A program made the position numbers and the translations under genes. Under the pieces are notes generated by a model that ran no database searches, had not been told where the DNA came from, and saw only the letters and a program-made list of their open reading frames with translations. Positions 26,496 through 41,880 of a stretch of DNA of 64,000 bases are shown piece by piece. Every line of letters starts with the position of its first letter. The first letter of the stretch is position 1. This DNA is from Octopus sinensis (taxonomy: Eukaryota), in assembly GCF_006345805.1 (NCBI RefSeq), contig NC_042997.1, positions 180,606,001 to 180,670,000 of the forward strand, given 5' to 3'.

Positions 26496-27029
26496 AATAC
26501 ATATTATCTACGTACAATGTTTGTACAATTCGTTATGCGTTCAATTTAAATTCACTTAACAATATCAAAAATCTCAACAACAAAAAAATACCCCAAAAGA
26601 AGTCAACATGAGTTAACGCCATACTGTAACAATTATAATGCAACAAATAAACTAAATATTCTGCACATGCATCCACATAAAACTTAAATTCCGGTCCGTT
26701 ATCAAGACATTTGAAAAACAGTAAATATTACGCAAATTCATTTAAAAAAGATATATTTAACAAACGATTATCTCAACAAAATATTTATAAAACACTGTTA
26801 TCTGTGAAAGAGAAACAATTGATTTATGGTCCCTGGTTTTAATCTTATTCTTGTCGTCTTTGAGGATGTTATCTGTTATCAGTAGCGAGAAATGGAGTCA
26901 GCGAAATACTTCAAAATCTGAGTGTTAGCATTTAATCTTATTCGTAGCCATATGTAGTTTAATGATATTGCCAAAGGAGGACGGTAAGGGGTCTGTGATT
27001 TTTTGTAAAATCTCCAAGATTAGTTGAGA

Positions 27030-27480
27030 AATCGGAGGGGAAGGTGGTGGAAGAGGAAGAAGAAGAAGAAGAAGAAGAAGGAGAAGAAGAGGGGCGAGGA
27101 GGAGAAGGTGGAGGAGGAGAAGAAGGAGGAAGAGGAGGAGGAGAAGAAGAAGGAGGAGGAGGAGGAGGGGAGGAGGAGAAGAAGAAGAAGAAGAAGAAGA
27201 AGAAGAAAAAGAAAAAGAAGAAGAAGAAGAAGAAGAAAAAGAAGAAGAAGAAGAAGAAGAAGAAGAGGGGCGAGGAGGAGAAGGTGGAGGAGGAGAAGAA
27301 GGAGGAAGAGGAGGAGGAGAAGAAGAAGGAGGAGGAGGAGGAGGAGGAGGAGGGGAGGAGGAGAAGAAGAAGAAGAAGAAGAAGAAGAAAGAAAAGAAAA
27401 GAAGAAGAAGAAGAAAAGAAGAAGAAGAAGAAGAAAGAAGAAGAAGAAGAAGAAGAAGAAGAAGAAGAAGAAGAAGAAAA
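27030..27480. repeat. Compound (GAA)n/(GAG)n polypurine tract with an internal duplication
   Basis: Direct read. The block agaggggcgaggaggagaaggtggagg occurs twice. Confidence 0.95.
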
Positions 27481-27934
27481 AGGATCCGTTATACTTGAGA
27501 TGCTGTTAGCCGCTATTTCGATGTCAGCTAGTCATATATCTTGAAATGAGTGATTTTGGAAGCGTCATCCAGCGAATATTGCAACCGATCTTAATATCGT
27601 CCTTAATAAAAACATCGTATCTGTCAACTTGCCAAATATTGATAGATCTATGATTTCGAAACAGTTAAACAGATCACATTATGAAGGCGATCTACGAGTC
27701 AATCGCCATTTATTGAAAATTAAGATTGCGAAGTCCAGTTCCAATTCACTGTTGAAATTGATTTGCATTATTACAATTCATTTAGGCGGTAAATAACCTG
27801 TAATGAAAATAGCCTGAAGCAGTTGTTTGGATGTTATAAAAGAAAATAAAAAAATAGTAATGGCAAACTGACCCTAAGATCAAAAAACCGAATACACAAT
27901 TTAAAATAATTCCGATTGTGACCATTCTTTTACA

Positions 27935-28335
27935 TGTTTCAGTCATTACACTGCAGCCATCATGTGGCAACCACCTTGAATTCTTAGTCGAGTGAATCAA
28001 CCCTAGTACTTGCTTTTTAAGCCTGGTACTTATTCAATCGGTTCTTTTTTTTTACCAAACCACTAGGTCACGGGAATGCAATCACGCCAACATCGGTTGT
28101 CGGCTTGGGGGGAGGCAACACAGGCACAAAGACGCGCACACACACACGTACACACACACACGCACACACACACAGACATATATATATATATATGTAAGAT
28201 AGGGTTTTTTCAGTTTCTGTTTACCAAATTTACTCGCAAGGCTATATTTGAAGCTACTCGCCCAAGGTACTACGCAGTAGGACTAAACTCCGAACCATGT
28301 TGTTACGATGCAGGCTTCTTACTAACACAGCCACG
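27935..28335 (-). mobile_element. Degenerate family B SINE
   Basis: Similar to 37966-38339. Confidence 0.8.
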
Positions 28336-28649
28336 CCTGGAACGCTTCACGAATTTGTGTGTCATCATTGCACAGGGGCCATGCTAAGCTTTTCTTTACC
28401 TTGAGCATAAAAAGTCAGTGACACGATTAGCAACGCTAAAGAAAAAGGACCTTCAGAAAAACAACAGTTGAAGTATTAAAAATATATTAAAAGCAATATT
28501 CTGGCTTTGAGAGAAAAGCAGAAAATAGATTTACTAAGTTTAATAATCACTGTTAGAAACTAGTTTTTCATTCCGCCAAGAAGAGAAAGGACGTAATCAA
28601 ATGTACCATTCATAACGGAACAACAGTTTTTTTTTATATATATATATAA

Positions 28650-29053
28650 GGCGCAGGAGTGGCTGTGTGGTAAGTAGCTTGCCTACCAACCACATGGTTC
28701 TGGGTTCAGTCCCACTGCGTGGCATCTTGGGCAAGTGTCTTCTGCTATAGCCTCGGGCCGACCAATGCCTTGTGAGTGGATTTGGTAGACGGAAACTGAA
28801 AGAAGCCTGTCGTATATATGTATATATATGTATGTATGTGTATGTATATCTTTATGTGTCTGTGTTTGTCCCTCTAGCATTGCTTGACAACCGATGCTGG
28901 TGTGTTTACGTCCCCGTCACTTAGCGGTTCGGCAAAAAGAGACCGATAGAATAAGTACTGGGCTTACAAAGAATAAGCCCCGGGGTCGATTTGCTCGACT
29001 AAAGGCGGTGCTCCAGCATGGCCACAGTCAAATGACTGAAACAAGTAAAAGAG
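28650..29053 (+). mobile_element. Full-length family B tRNA-derived SINE
   Basis: Head caggagtggctgtgtggtaag...gggttcagtccc, an internal microsatellite, and tail tgactgaaacaagtaaaaga. Confidence 0.92.
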
Positions 29054-30030
29054 AAAAAAAGAGAAAAAGATTTATGACCGTGAAGAACACATTCAGAGGA
29101 AAGTGATCGATGAGCTCGGTGCATAGACCTGACTATCACAGTGGTAGATTTAGCAACAGATGTAATAGTATCGTTCCAGGTAATATACTTACAAAATAGC
29201 ACACCTAAAAGAGGCAGACACAAGCACTCGGAAACATTGTTCTCTTACACAGAGTACATAAAATAGAAATAGCAGAGTTCCTGTAGCAATTAATACAAAG
29301 TGTTTTGAGAATGCATATGAATCTCAGTATATCGCACATTTTCACATTATTAAATTACCTCTGAAGACGACATTTGGACGTCGTGTGTGTGTACCTCGGT
29401 GCATATATCACCAAATATATATGTGTGTGTCTGTAAGAATATATTATGTAGGTACTATGCTAGGATAAATTTCTTTAAATTATTACTTAGATAGTATTGT
29501 AAATATACTAACGCCAAGTTCAGTTGCTGCTTTACTACATGGGAATGGAAAGTCGATAATATATCAATTACATCGTAATGTCATTTAAGTTTCATTCTTG
29601 CACATCCCTTAATTATAGTATTGATTTAGGATGTTCTAATGAATTTACAAACCAATTCATGTAATCTGGCTAATTAAAGATGCGAGAGACATTGAATCGC
29701 ATTAAAACTTATTCAGTAATACGCGTACATATACAATGAAATACACATTCAGATACAGAGGGGAAAACAGAAACACACGTAGACACACGCAACTACACAG
29801 ATATACGCATGCAAATAATTGTGCGTGCATATGTGTGCATGCGTGCGTGAGCAAGCTCGTGTTCATGTATGCGATGTTGTGTATTTCAGATAAGGAATTA
29901 TGTCAGAGAGTAACACAGACTAGTTAATTCCATTGTTCGTTATGGAATCTGAGAGTTAATAAGAACCGAAAGATGAGATAGGAATCATCCCCCCACACCC
30001 ACACGCTTGCACGCACGCAACCCATCCCCC

Positions 30031-30103
<73 letters not shown>

Positions 30104-30411
30104 TATATATATATGTGTGTATGTATATAAATATATATAATACATATATATATGTATATATATATACCTATATATATATATATATGTAGTATTATATATA
30201 TATATATTTATACATATATTTATATACACACACACATATATATATATATATGGGGGGATGGGGTGCATACGTGTGGGGGGAATGATATATTTATATATAT
30301 ATATATATGTAATGATTTGTAATATATATATAAGCATATGATTTATTGTTCATTCCCCTCGAAATATATGCATATATAGATATATCACACACATACACAC
30401 AATATATATAA

Positions 30412-30452
<41 letters not shown>

Positions 30453-31018
30453 TATGAGGAATGGAATCAGAAATTAACTAACGTTAATAACCAAATTATG
30501 CTACTATCTACGCAAGTACCACAGTTTGTATATTCTTGAGCCCTAAGTATAACATGGATTTTTTCTGATAAACTGATGGTTATGGAGGTAATTAACAAGT
30601 TGAAGGTATAGATTTTTCTAGATTATATACTGATTTAGATTTTAAAACTGTGTTCCAAACAGAATTTCATGTCTGGTAAAAAGACTAAAAACTACAGATT
30701 TAAAGTTATATAATGCAAATGTTTCATTGGCGAATAAAGTATTTAGTCCAGATAGAAGAATATATGTATATGAGAACAATAGTCCATTTTTAGCCGACTT
30801 GCCTTTAGTACCTCGAGAATTCAGTTTTTAGAGAAATTTGTGAAAAAGAAACCAAGACTATTAACAAAGCTAGGTGAATATTGTAGAAATGTGGACGATA
30901 ATAAATTTCGAAATTGTAATTTCTTTGAATGGTTATTAGTTAAATGCTACGCGAATAGTTTGGTAGCTAGCACTACTAGTAATATTGATATACTAGATTT
31001 TTCGGTAATGATATGTAA

Positions 31019-33027
<2,009 letters not shown>

Positions 33028-33419
33028 TATATCTATAATTATTAACACTGTTGTTGATATGTGGAATAGGCAAGTTAATGATAAATGAACCATATATGAT
33101 TTCAATATCCCCAAATATTGTTTGATCCATCTCTAAGTTTATATGATACCAACAGGGTGGAAATCTTACTATGTGTGTCGAGTCCAAGACGATATCCGTT
33201 AGGCACCAGAAGAGTGATTGTGTCTCTTCTTTTTAATATCCGGTGGTTTGTTTACAAGATGTTTGTTTTTGCTTCATTTTGTTAGTCTTTACAAAGGTCA
33301 TGCATGCAACTAAGTTTTTCTTTATGCTAGTTAGAGTAACCTATAGAGAGGACATAAATTGCCGTTATAAAGTGAATATGAAGCATATAAACATATTTAT
33401 ATACAATCATACACATATG

Positions 33420-33640
33420 CATACATACACATACATACATTCATACATTCATACATACGTACAAACATACACGCATACATACATACACGCATGGACACAT
33501 ACATACATGCATGCTTGCATGCATGCATACATACATACATACATACATACATACATACATACATACATACATACATACATACATACATACATACATACAT
33601 ACATACATACATACATACATACATGCATGCATACATACAT
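33420..33640. repeat. (CATA)n microsatellite
   Basis: Direct read. Confidence 0.97.
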
Positions 33641-33644
33641 AGAT

Positions 33645-34175
33645 AACCAATAACGGATTCCTACCTACCATTTTGAAGGCTATGCGTTCGCAATCAAGGA
33701 ACAGGAAATACCAACCAAGTACGTAATGCACAAAAGGGATAGAGATGCAGGAAAAGCAATAAAATGTGACAACCGACGGAGACTTTGTGGAGTTCATACC
33801 GAAGATATCACCCACATCATAAGCAGTTGTTTGAAAATGTCATCAAGGTGTTATATCTACTAATGATACATGTTATAACGAGGACACTCTATAATGAAAT
33901 CCGTCAGAGGGATAATCCCGAGAACAAAGAAATAAGAAGTCCAATCTACTCATGATAAACAGAAGTGCTGGTGGAATGTCCCAGTGAAGACCTCAATAAA
34001 ATGTAAGCACAACAGACCTGATATAAGGATTTGGGATAGAGAAGAGAAACTCTGTACAGTTGTGGAAATTAGCTGCTCAGTGGATGTTAACATAAAATTG
34101 AAGATGAGTGAAAAAGAGAACACCTATGCTGAACTATTGAGAAATATGCAGTTACTCTATCCAGATTACAAATCT
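33645..34175 (+). mobile_element. Fragment of a second RLE-type non-LTR retrotransposon family within (CATA)n
   Basis: EGYAFAIKEQEIPTKY, RLCGVHTEDITHIISSC, WWNVPVKTSIKCKHNRPDIRIWDREEKLCTVVEISC and KENTYAEL. Confidence 0.85.
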
Positions 34176-37109
34176 GCACATTTACATTCATACGTACCTA
34201 CGTATGTACATACATACATACATACATACATGCATGCATACATACATACATACATACATACATACATACATACATACATACATACATACATACATACGTG
34301 TAATGTGAATACACGATTTCTGCTCTAATCGTATTTCAATATGACGTTGCTTATTCTATAAAAACTTATTCCGTTTAGTTTAGGATTTCGGAGCACTTGA
34401 AAATTATTGAAACCGAATGCGGTATTTAGGATCATATGATGTAACTTTTAAGCCAACTTATCTTTGCACTCTTACGACAGAAGAATATATGGTTGTGAAA
34501 TATCACTTGCTGCACATTAAATGGGTATAATATTTAATACAGTACAACATGAAAACTTAAGGTGTGATGACGTGTACGTAGTTGCGTGTAAAACAAACCG
34601 TTCGTGTCGAAATGTATTTATAACTTAAGGTTGTATAGTAACTCCATTCTGTGATGTTTAACTTTCAATAAACTTCCAAGTTATGATATATAATTCATAG
34701 CGCATCTGTTTCATTCATAGGAAAGGAAATAAATCATTATTTTCGATATAGTTCTTGAGAGCATATTTCTGTTGTCAAATTTAACTAAACTTGTTAATAT
34801 ATCTCTGCAAGTTCTACGGCATTGCAACTGTTAAAATTACTAACGACTTTGAAATTCACTTATCAAGGAAAAGCACTTGATAATCATAATTTTATTGCCT
34901 TGGGAACATACGGTCGCACATTTACATTTGAACTACAACTTCACTGTAACTCTGCAATGTTAAATGTAATATTATATTTTCGAATTGCAAATTGTTACTC
35001 TTCTTCAGGACAGCATAATATCAAGATACGAGACACAAGCCCATGCACGCAAATGTCCTCTGTCAGCTACACCGATTTTAATCCTAGAGGACGGCGGCTG
35101 TCATGAGCAATATGATTTGTCATTAGTATCCTTGCCAGTTTCACTATAACAACAGAAAGATCCAAAACAAATACTTACGACACCTTAACCCATCCTCTGA
35201 CAGTGGCAACCAATAACAAGACCTGGAGAGGTGATTTTTATATTAGCAGTGAAATACTGTGTTGACCGCCAAGGAATTCGGATTCAGGCCACAGAGACTT
35301 AGAACAAATACCGCGAAGTATTCTATCCAATGCTATAACAACTGAATCCAATAAAAGCGTTGAATAAGAAGCATTTCTTCATACCATTAACCGCTCAATT
35401 CTTACTTACATGCAATTTACTTACCCCTCATACAGTCACTGCTAAATGTATTAATGCTTCGAAAGGTCAAATGATTTGAGCAGAAAATCTCCCTAAATCT
35501 GTTTCTCTGAAACTTAAAAGTTAATTCAAGGTTTACTTGGAAGATGTTCAAAATATTTTAAGTCCTGTTCCAATGTTAGATTTAGTAAAAAAATTATTTC
35601 AAGTCACTTACAATTTTCTTTACACACTGCAATTCGAGATTAAGTGTTATATTTTCAATATCTGTGTTAATTCTTCATTTTTTTTCTGTCAGAATTTTTT
35701 GATACAGTAACGTTTCAAGCACGATTCTGTGATATAATATATTACACATCGGAATGCTATAAGCGTTTAAGAAGACAGATTCTTATGTCAGTTCTGATAT
35801 GCCTACATTGAATTAAAGTTATGACAGAAATATGTCACCAATATTCTTCAATATTGAGTGAGTGTGTTCTCTACATCTCTGTAACTGCTTACATATTCAC
35901 TTTTGGAACTATTCTTTCTATGGATTGCCTTATTTACTTATATAACTTTGACATCAAGCCAAGTAGGAAAGGTTGTGACATTTTCAAACGATTGTTTATG
36001 ATGAAACTGACATCTTCAGAGATAATGCAGGCGATCTTTCCTTGTTTGTCCCAGCTGGGAATTTTATTTGTACCCTTCTAACATTTACATTAGATATTTC
36101 TTTATAGTTTTAAGTTCTGGATTGCAAAATTATAATCTATGAAATGAAAGTTAATATATTAGATGGTTGTACAAGATTTAGTTATCTAGGTTACGAACAC
36201 TCAGAGAAGCCATATTTATTCAGTTGCTCAATGAATGTCGATGAATCGAAAATGAAATAACTTTTTGATTGGAACAAATTTTATATACAACGAAAAACAA
36301 CATCCTCTTGGGATTCTATTGTATGTTGAGCAGAAAAAGTATATTGTTTCGTATTTCTGAATGTACAATTCATTCCAATATTTAAAACTATTTAAAGAAT
36401 AATTTTGTATAATCATTAAGATATTTTTGTTTAATCTTTTCAAGATTTATTAAATCTGATAATGTATTTCTACTATTCTACTGTTCATTGGTATAGATAT
36501 GCTACTATTTCTATTGTATGTCTTTCGCATATGTATTGCTTTCGAAGCGCAATTCCCTGCTGAGTGGATTAGTTCTGATGCAACAATCTCCATTTTTATA
36601 TATTTTCGAAGTAATCTAAAGAAATTCTCGTGATTCGTTCCTTTCTTTTTTTCTTTGTTACAGATCTTGAATGTCGTTTGAGATTGACGTCGTTATTGCT
36701 TGACATTTGTTTCAAGTGATCATCTAGTTGAAAACTACATTAGTTACACGGTAATCTCCAATAATGACATTTCGTGATCGTACAGTTACATATATTCCAG
36801 GAAACAGGATACATAAAACTAGAAACCATATCTCAACATGAAACCTCAGCAGCTTTTGTACAATACTTATATGTTGTTATCGAAGGAAGAAAGTAGTGCT
36901 TACAATAAAATGAAATTGAAATTTTCATTCTCAACGGCTTATAATTATGTTTCATATAAATACGAAGTAAATTGAATTACTTTAAACTAAATTGGTTTTA
37001 TATCACTCCGGTGAATCTCCTGGTGTGTTTTAAAGATTTTTGTATAAATGTCGCGTATTAAGTGCATTCACTAAATATATTTGGTGATATATGCACCCAG
37101 TCACACACA

Positions 37110-37164
<55 letters not shown>

Positions 37165-37965
37165 ATTCACCCACATGGAGGATATTCTGCTTTTATATAC
37201 GCGTCTGTCTCTCAGCATGGGATCATTTTCTTCTGAATTCGTCTTATATACAACATCGGGGGTTATAATAGCTTCTCAAAATATGAAATGGTTTACCAAT
37301 CATACATACAGGATAATATATCACGTACAACAGCCATCCGCATTTTGAACCCGTCTTCTCTCTTCAGTACAATTTAACCCATCCCAATGCCTTCCACTCT
37401 ATTTTTCTCTACTGTGACTTCCCTCTATTCTAAACTGAGCCAAACCTGCACCAAACATTCTTACGCACTCATTCATCATCTTCACTGAATACCTACAGCA
37501 ATCTTACACGAGAAATTTCATGATAAACTATTCTTTTCTCTGGAATTATAGATTATACCTTCTGCCTACGTCAGCTTTTCAGAAATATACAAGACTGTAA
37601 ACTCAACAATTCAAATTATGACAAAGACCATTGCACTTCTTTGCGAATCAGTCTGTGTATGGTTAATGTAAAGGCCTATTTGATTAACATTTGAATTTGT
37701 ATATCTTGCTGCAGCGACCCGCCAAGTTTGATATGTGATATATTAACTTCACTTTTTTTTTTGCTATTTTAAGTGTTATATTTTTATTGATATGCTTCCT
37801 TTTATTAATCCTTAAGTTTGGATTCCAGCAATAATTTGTACGTTGTGCTTGCCAATACAGTTCAAATGATCAACTAAAATATATATTGTCTCTGTTGTAT
37901 GGATATGAATTCAAATATGTAGAATGGTGACTGAATTTTACTAACATACATGCTTGGAATACATA

Positions 37966-38339
37966 CTCTCTCTTTATACTTGTTTCAGTCATTTGACTGC
38001 GGCCATGCTAGAGCACGGCCTTTAGTCGAGTAAATCGACCCCAGGACTTATTCTTTGTAAGCCTAGTACTTATTCTATAGGTCCCTTTTGCCGAACCGCT
38101 AAGTTACACACCAACATCGGTCGTCAAGCGATGTTAGAGGGACAAACACAGACACACAATTATATATATACACATATATACGACGGGCTTTTTTCAGTTT
38201 CCGTCTACCAAATCCACTCACAAGGCTTTGTTCGGCGCGAGGCTATATTAAAAGACACTTGCCCAATGTGCCACGCAGTGGGACTGAACCCGCAACCATG
38301 TGGTTGGTAAGCAAGCTACTTACCACACAGCCACTCCTG
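37966..38339 (-). mobile_element. Full-length family B SINE
   Basis: Reverse complement of the 28650 family. Confidence 0.92.
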
Positions 38340-40274
38340 TGCAAAACAAAAAATCGTATATGTTTCGAGTTTAATACCAGTTCGTAGCTTTATAAGATGT
38401 TGAGAGCGAAAGGAAAAGCGCAAGTATCTGTGCAAGTGAAGTAATAAGTAGCATAACTGCGAATATGACGAACTCATAAGCAGACAAAAAATTAAATATC
38501 TCTCTGTCAATACGGACGTATTCATGTCACAAACATTTGAAAAATACATCTAATACTCTGGCATATCGTAATCATTCAAGGTGAATTTGTCTTTATGATT
38601 AACAGGTAAACAGAATACTGCGCTCCGTTGTGATATTTATGCAATAATTTTTAATGAATAGGTTAGAGAAAGGAAGCTGTCATTTCCAGGCAGGGAGAAA
38701 GAGAGCGACTGTCACAGTGCAAGAGTGACACAATTTGTATCTTACCTGTGGAGTACTGGTATTTTATCAATGTGGTATGGTTAAAATTTAAGCCTGTTAC
38801 GAACGATATTTGAAGAAAAAATCTAGTTCAATGGAATTATAAAAGCATGACACTGCCAGCGCTCTTCTGTTTTTGTACAACAGTTGGAATTGTAGCAAAT
38901 TCACACATAAAGTCTTAATGATTTTATTGCAAGTACTACAGATGGTTGTACTAATTTACTGGTGCTTATTTGATTGTCCCTGTATCAATGAATATTAAAT
39001 TCTTACTTCAGTAGAACTTGAAATCACAACGTCAACAAAGGAGTTACAAATTATTGTTACACATTTCTCTGTTAGTCTTCAGTTAATTTCATTAATGGAT
39101 TTCTCTCGCGTACAAGGAATCAACAACAGCAACCGCGACATTTGGTAGTCGTTCAGCATGTTAGAAATCGCAGTCAACTTTCGTCAAATTACAGTGCGCT
39201 CAGCTGTTCTGTTACAAGATACATGCGGTAATGAGGTCCTGATTTCTTTGCACATAGATAAAAGAAAAATAGACAGTTACGACTGAATTAAGACTGCTTG
39301 ATTAGCGCTGAGCTGAAGCTAATCTTCTTCATCACCATCACCATCCTCACAAATGCAGTAACAACAGCAGTATTATATTTGATAACAATGATATTATCTG
39401 AATGTTGCATGTGAACGATAGCAAGTGGGGTACATTTAGATGATTTTTTTTTTATTCCATTTATTATTCACAACGCCTTCGCAAAGTTTACACGCTAATT
39501 ACATTTAACGTACAATTATTCAACCTTTGTGAATATGAATTAATTCTATGATTTTAAATCTCAATAATTCTCACATTAAAAAAAAATTATGATTTATTAA
39601 AATTTTCTGTAAATATCTATTAATCCTATGAATTGCTCCCTCTCTTCTACCGGTAATCGTCTCTATACATCAATTATAATGGAGTGAAACATCAATTATA
39701 ATAGACAGAAGCACAACACAAAGAGAATCACGTTTATTATTAAAAGCTTCGAGAAGGATACGGGTAGGAAGCGAGAGAAACGTTGTATCAAACTTGTTAA
39801 GTTTCATTGATCGTAGGATTGTGTTGTCATTGATTCAATTAATAGATATCTGTCAGGAGAGTCAAATTGCTTTGTTTCAAATTAGTGGAGTGGCATGTTA
39901 TATTCACCATCCAAATTACAACCGCTGTGAATATAACCATCAATATCTCTATAACCAGAATATGCATAACATCACTAGCAACAACCAACACTTTATCATC
40001 ATCATGACGATGACGATAGCAATCAAAATGGTATTAATAATATGATTGTGTTTCAAAAATGTGTATTAATTTGAAACAGCGTAAGCCTTAATTTCGTGCA
40101 GTTGACGTTTGTATTAATAGGAACAGCAGACAAGCATAAAGTGAATTGTCTTTCTTGTTATTCTTAGGCGTTTCATGATTATATTCTCTTTCAATTTACC
40201 CATGCATAGATACATACATTCATACTTACATACATACATACATACATGCATACATACATACATAGTTAATCCAA

Positions 40275-40520
40275 ACATGAAAACACAAAGAGAAAACACA
40301 AAAACGCGAGGACGTGGAACAAGTATAGTGTTATTGGACGCTCGGGAAAGGAAAGGAAGACGGAGAATTTAACGTTTCAAGCGGAGCTCTTCGTCAGAAA
40401 CATAGGAAAAGGAAAGATCCAAGGAAGAGAAGACGGAAGAAAAAAAATCACCAACGATACACACGCGGTCACACGTACGTACGTACGTACAGGCAGACGG
40501 ACAATGAGAGAGAGATTAAT
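40275..40520 (-). mobile_element. Penelope pLTR-like short repeat carrying a hammerhead-like motif
   Basis: Shares cgctcggga and the GAGC-loop-GCTY GAAACGTT motif with the 26.4-kb and 3.6-kb repeats. Confidence 0.6.
40368..40400 (-). ncRNA. Candidate minimal type-I hammerhead ribozyme with an extra A after A9
   Basis: Minus strand reads ttt CTGACGA a GAGC tcc GCTT GAAAC GT T aaa. Helix I is only 3-4 bp. Confidence 0.45.
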
Positions 40521-40716
40521 AGATAAAGACACGTATGTATCTATGTATGCATATATGTATGTGTATTTAATCGACAAAATGCTACTGGAAATAAACTCAA
40601 CTAAGATTCGCTCTTCTAACTTTTCTGCCGATTAACAAATACGTACTCTAGTATCATGTTCATTTCTCTTCCTTGCGTGTTTCTGTATATGTTTGAGTCC
40701 ATTTGCATTTTTTTAC

Positions 40717-40755
<39 letters not shown>

Positions 40756-40817
40756 CACATACATAACCATTCATACATATATATATATATGTATATATAT
40801 ATATATTTCATTACTAC

Positions 40818-41035
40818 CCACAAGGGGCTAAACATAGTGGGGACAAACAAGGACAGACAAACGGATTAAGTCGATCATATCGACCCCAGTGCGTAACTGG
40901 TACTTAATTTATCGACCCCGAAAGGATGACAAGCAAAGTCGACCTCGACGGAATTTGAACTCAGAACGTAACGGCCGACGAAATACGGCTACGCATTTCC
41001 TCCGGCGTGCTAACGTATCTGCTAGCTCGCCAACT
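40818..41035 (-). mobile_element. Full-length family A SINE
   Basis: Reverse complement of the 15853 family. Confidence 0.9.
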
Positions 41036-41122
41036 TACGTATATATATATATATATATATATTTGTAAAAAATGAAGTTCGAAAATGCTGTTGTATTATA
41101 CAATTTTTAATTTTTATATATA

Positions 41123-41170
41123 CATTATAACATGTTTCAGTTCCTGAAATGAACCTTATCAAAAAAAGTT
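41123..41170 (-). ncRNA. Candidate minimal hammerhead ribozyme, U3:A8 core (3' pLTR copy, sense to the ORF)
   Basis: Mirror image of 42843-42890. Confidence 0.55.
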
Positions 41171-41539
41171 ATATATAAAAAGAGACAGCTCTCATACCGT
41201 CAAACACAAGAAATTCATTTATAATACACAACGGAGTCAGACATCTTAGAGTTCATGTATAGTTGATATATAGTTCATGTATAGTTGATATATAGTTTGA
41301 AGTATATGTTCAAAGTGTTCGATGCAGTGGCCCACGGTGGCGATACGTATTCAATACAAAAAAACAGATCAAAGTGGTGGAAAGCGGTCAATACAGAAGA
41401 TTGATGTTTCCGAAAGAGCGAGGAATTCATTTTTACCTTAAGCAATTGTGATGACCCATGGTGGAAGTTCGCTGGGTGGTTCTAGTGAGTTTTTGTGAAA
41501 TGCTCGGTTTTATAATGCCTGTTAGGTGGTCAATCTAGC

Positions 41540-41880
41540 GTAGCGTGACGTCATCAATGTTTTGACCAATCGTTTCGTTAGGTGGCTTTAACCAAGTGGA
41601 ACGGGACGTCATCATTATTTTGACCAATCGCTGCATTATAACTCCCTCTTGTTTGTTTCCTGTCTTGACCAGTCGCTTCGTTAGTCAAGCATAGCGGGAC
41701 GTCATCCAGATTCTGCCCAATCACGACTTATAGCTACATTAGATCTGCCCCCTGTCTGTACTTGTTAGGTGACTATTCAAGCAGAAAAGGACGTCATCAA
41801 TATTCTGACTATGACTGTCCCCTGTTTGTATCCTGTCCATTCTAGCAGAGCTAGACGTCATCAACTTGTTGACAATCAGA
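41540..41880. promoter_or_regulatory. Array of five GACGTCATC (CRE-like) sites, three followed by CCAAT at a fixed 12-nt gap
   Basis: CRE-like sites at 41546, 41605, 41698, 41790 and 41854; CCAAT at 41566, 41624 and 41717. Confidence 0.6.

Noticed and set aside
29338-29380. CTGAAGA followed by a CGAC/GTCG stem
   Set aside because: No GAAA follows the stem.
35560-36450. Short ORFs in AT-rich unique sequence
   Set aside because: No recognisable motifs, and the lengths are expected by chance.
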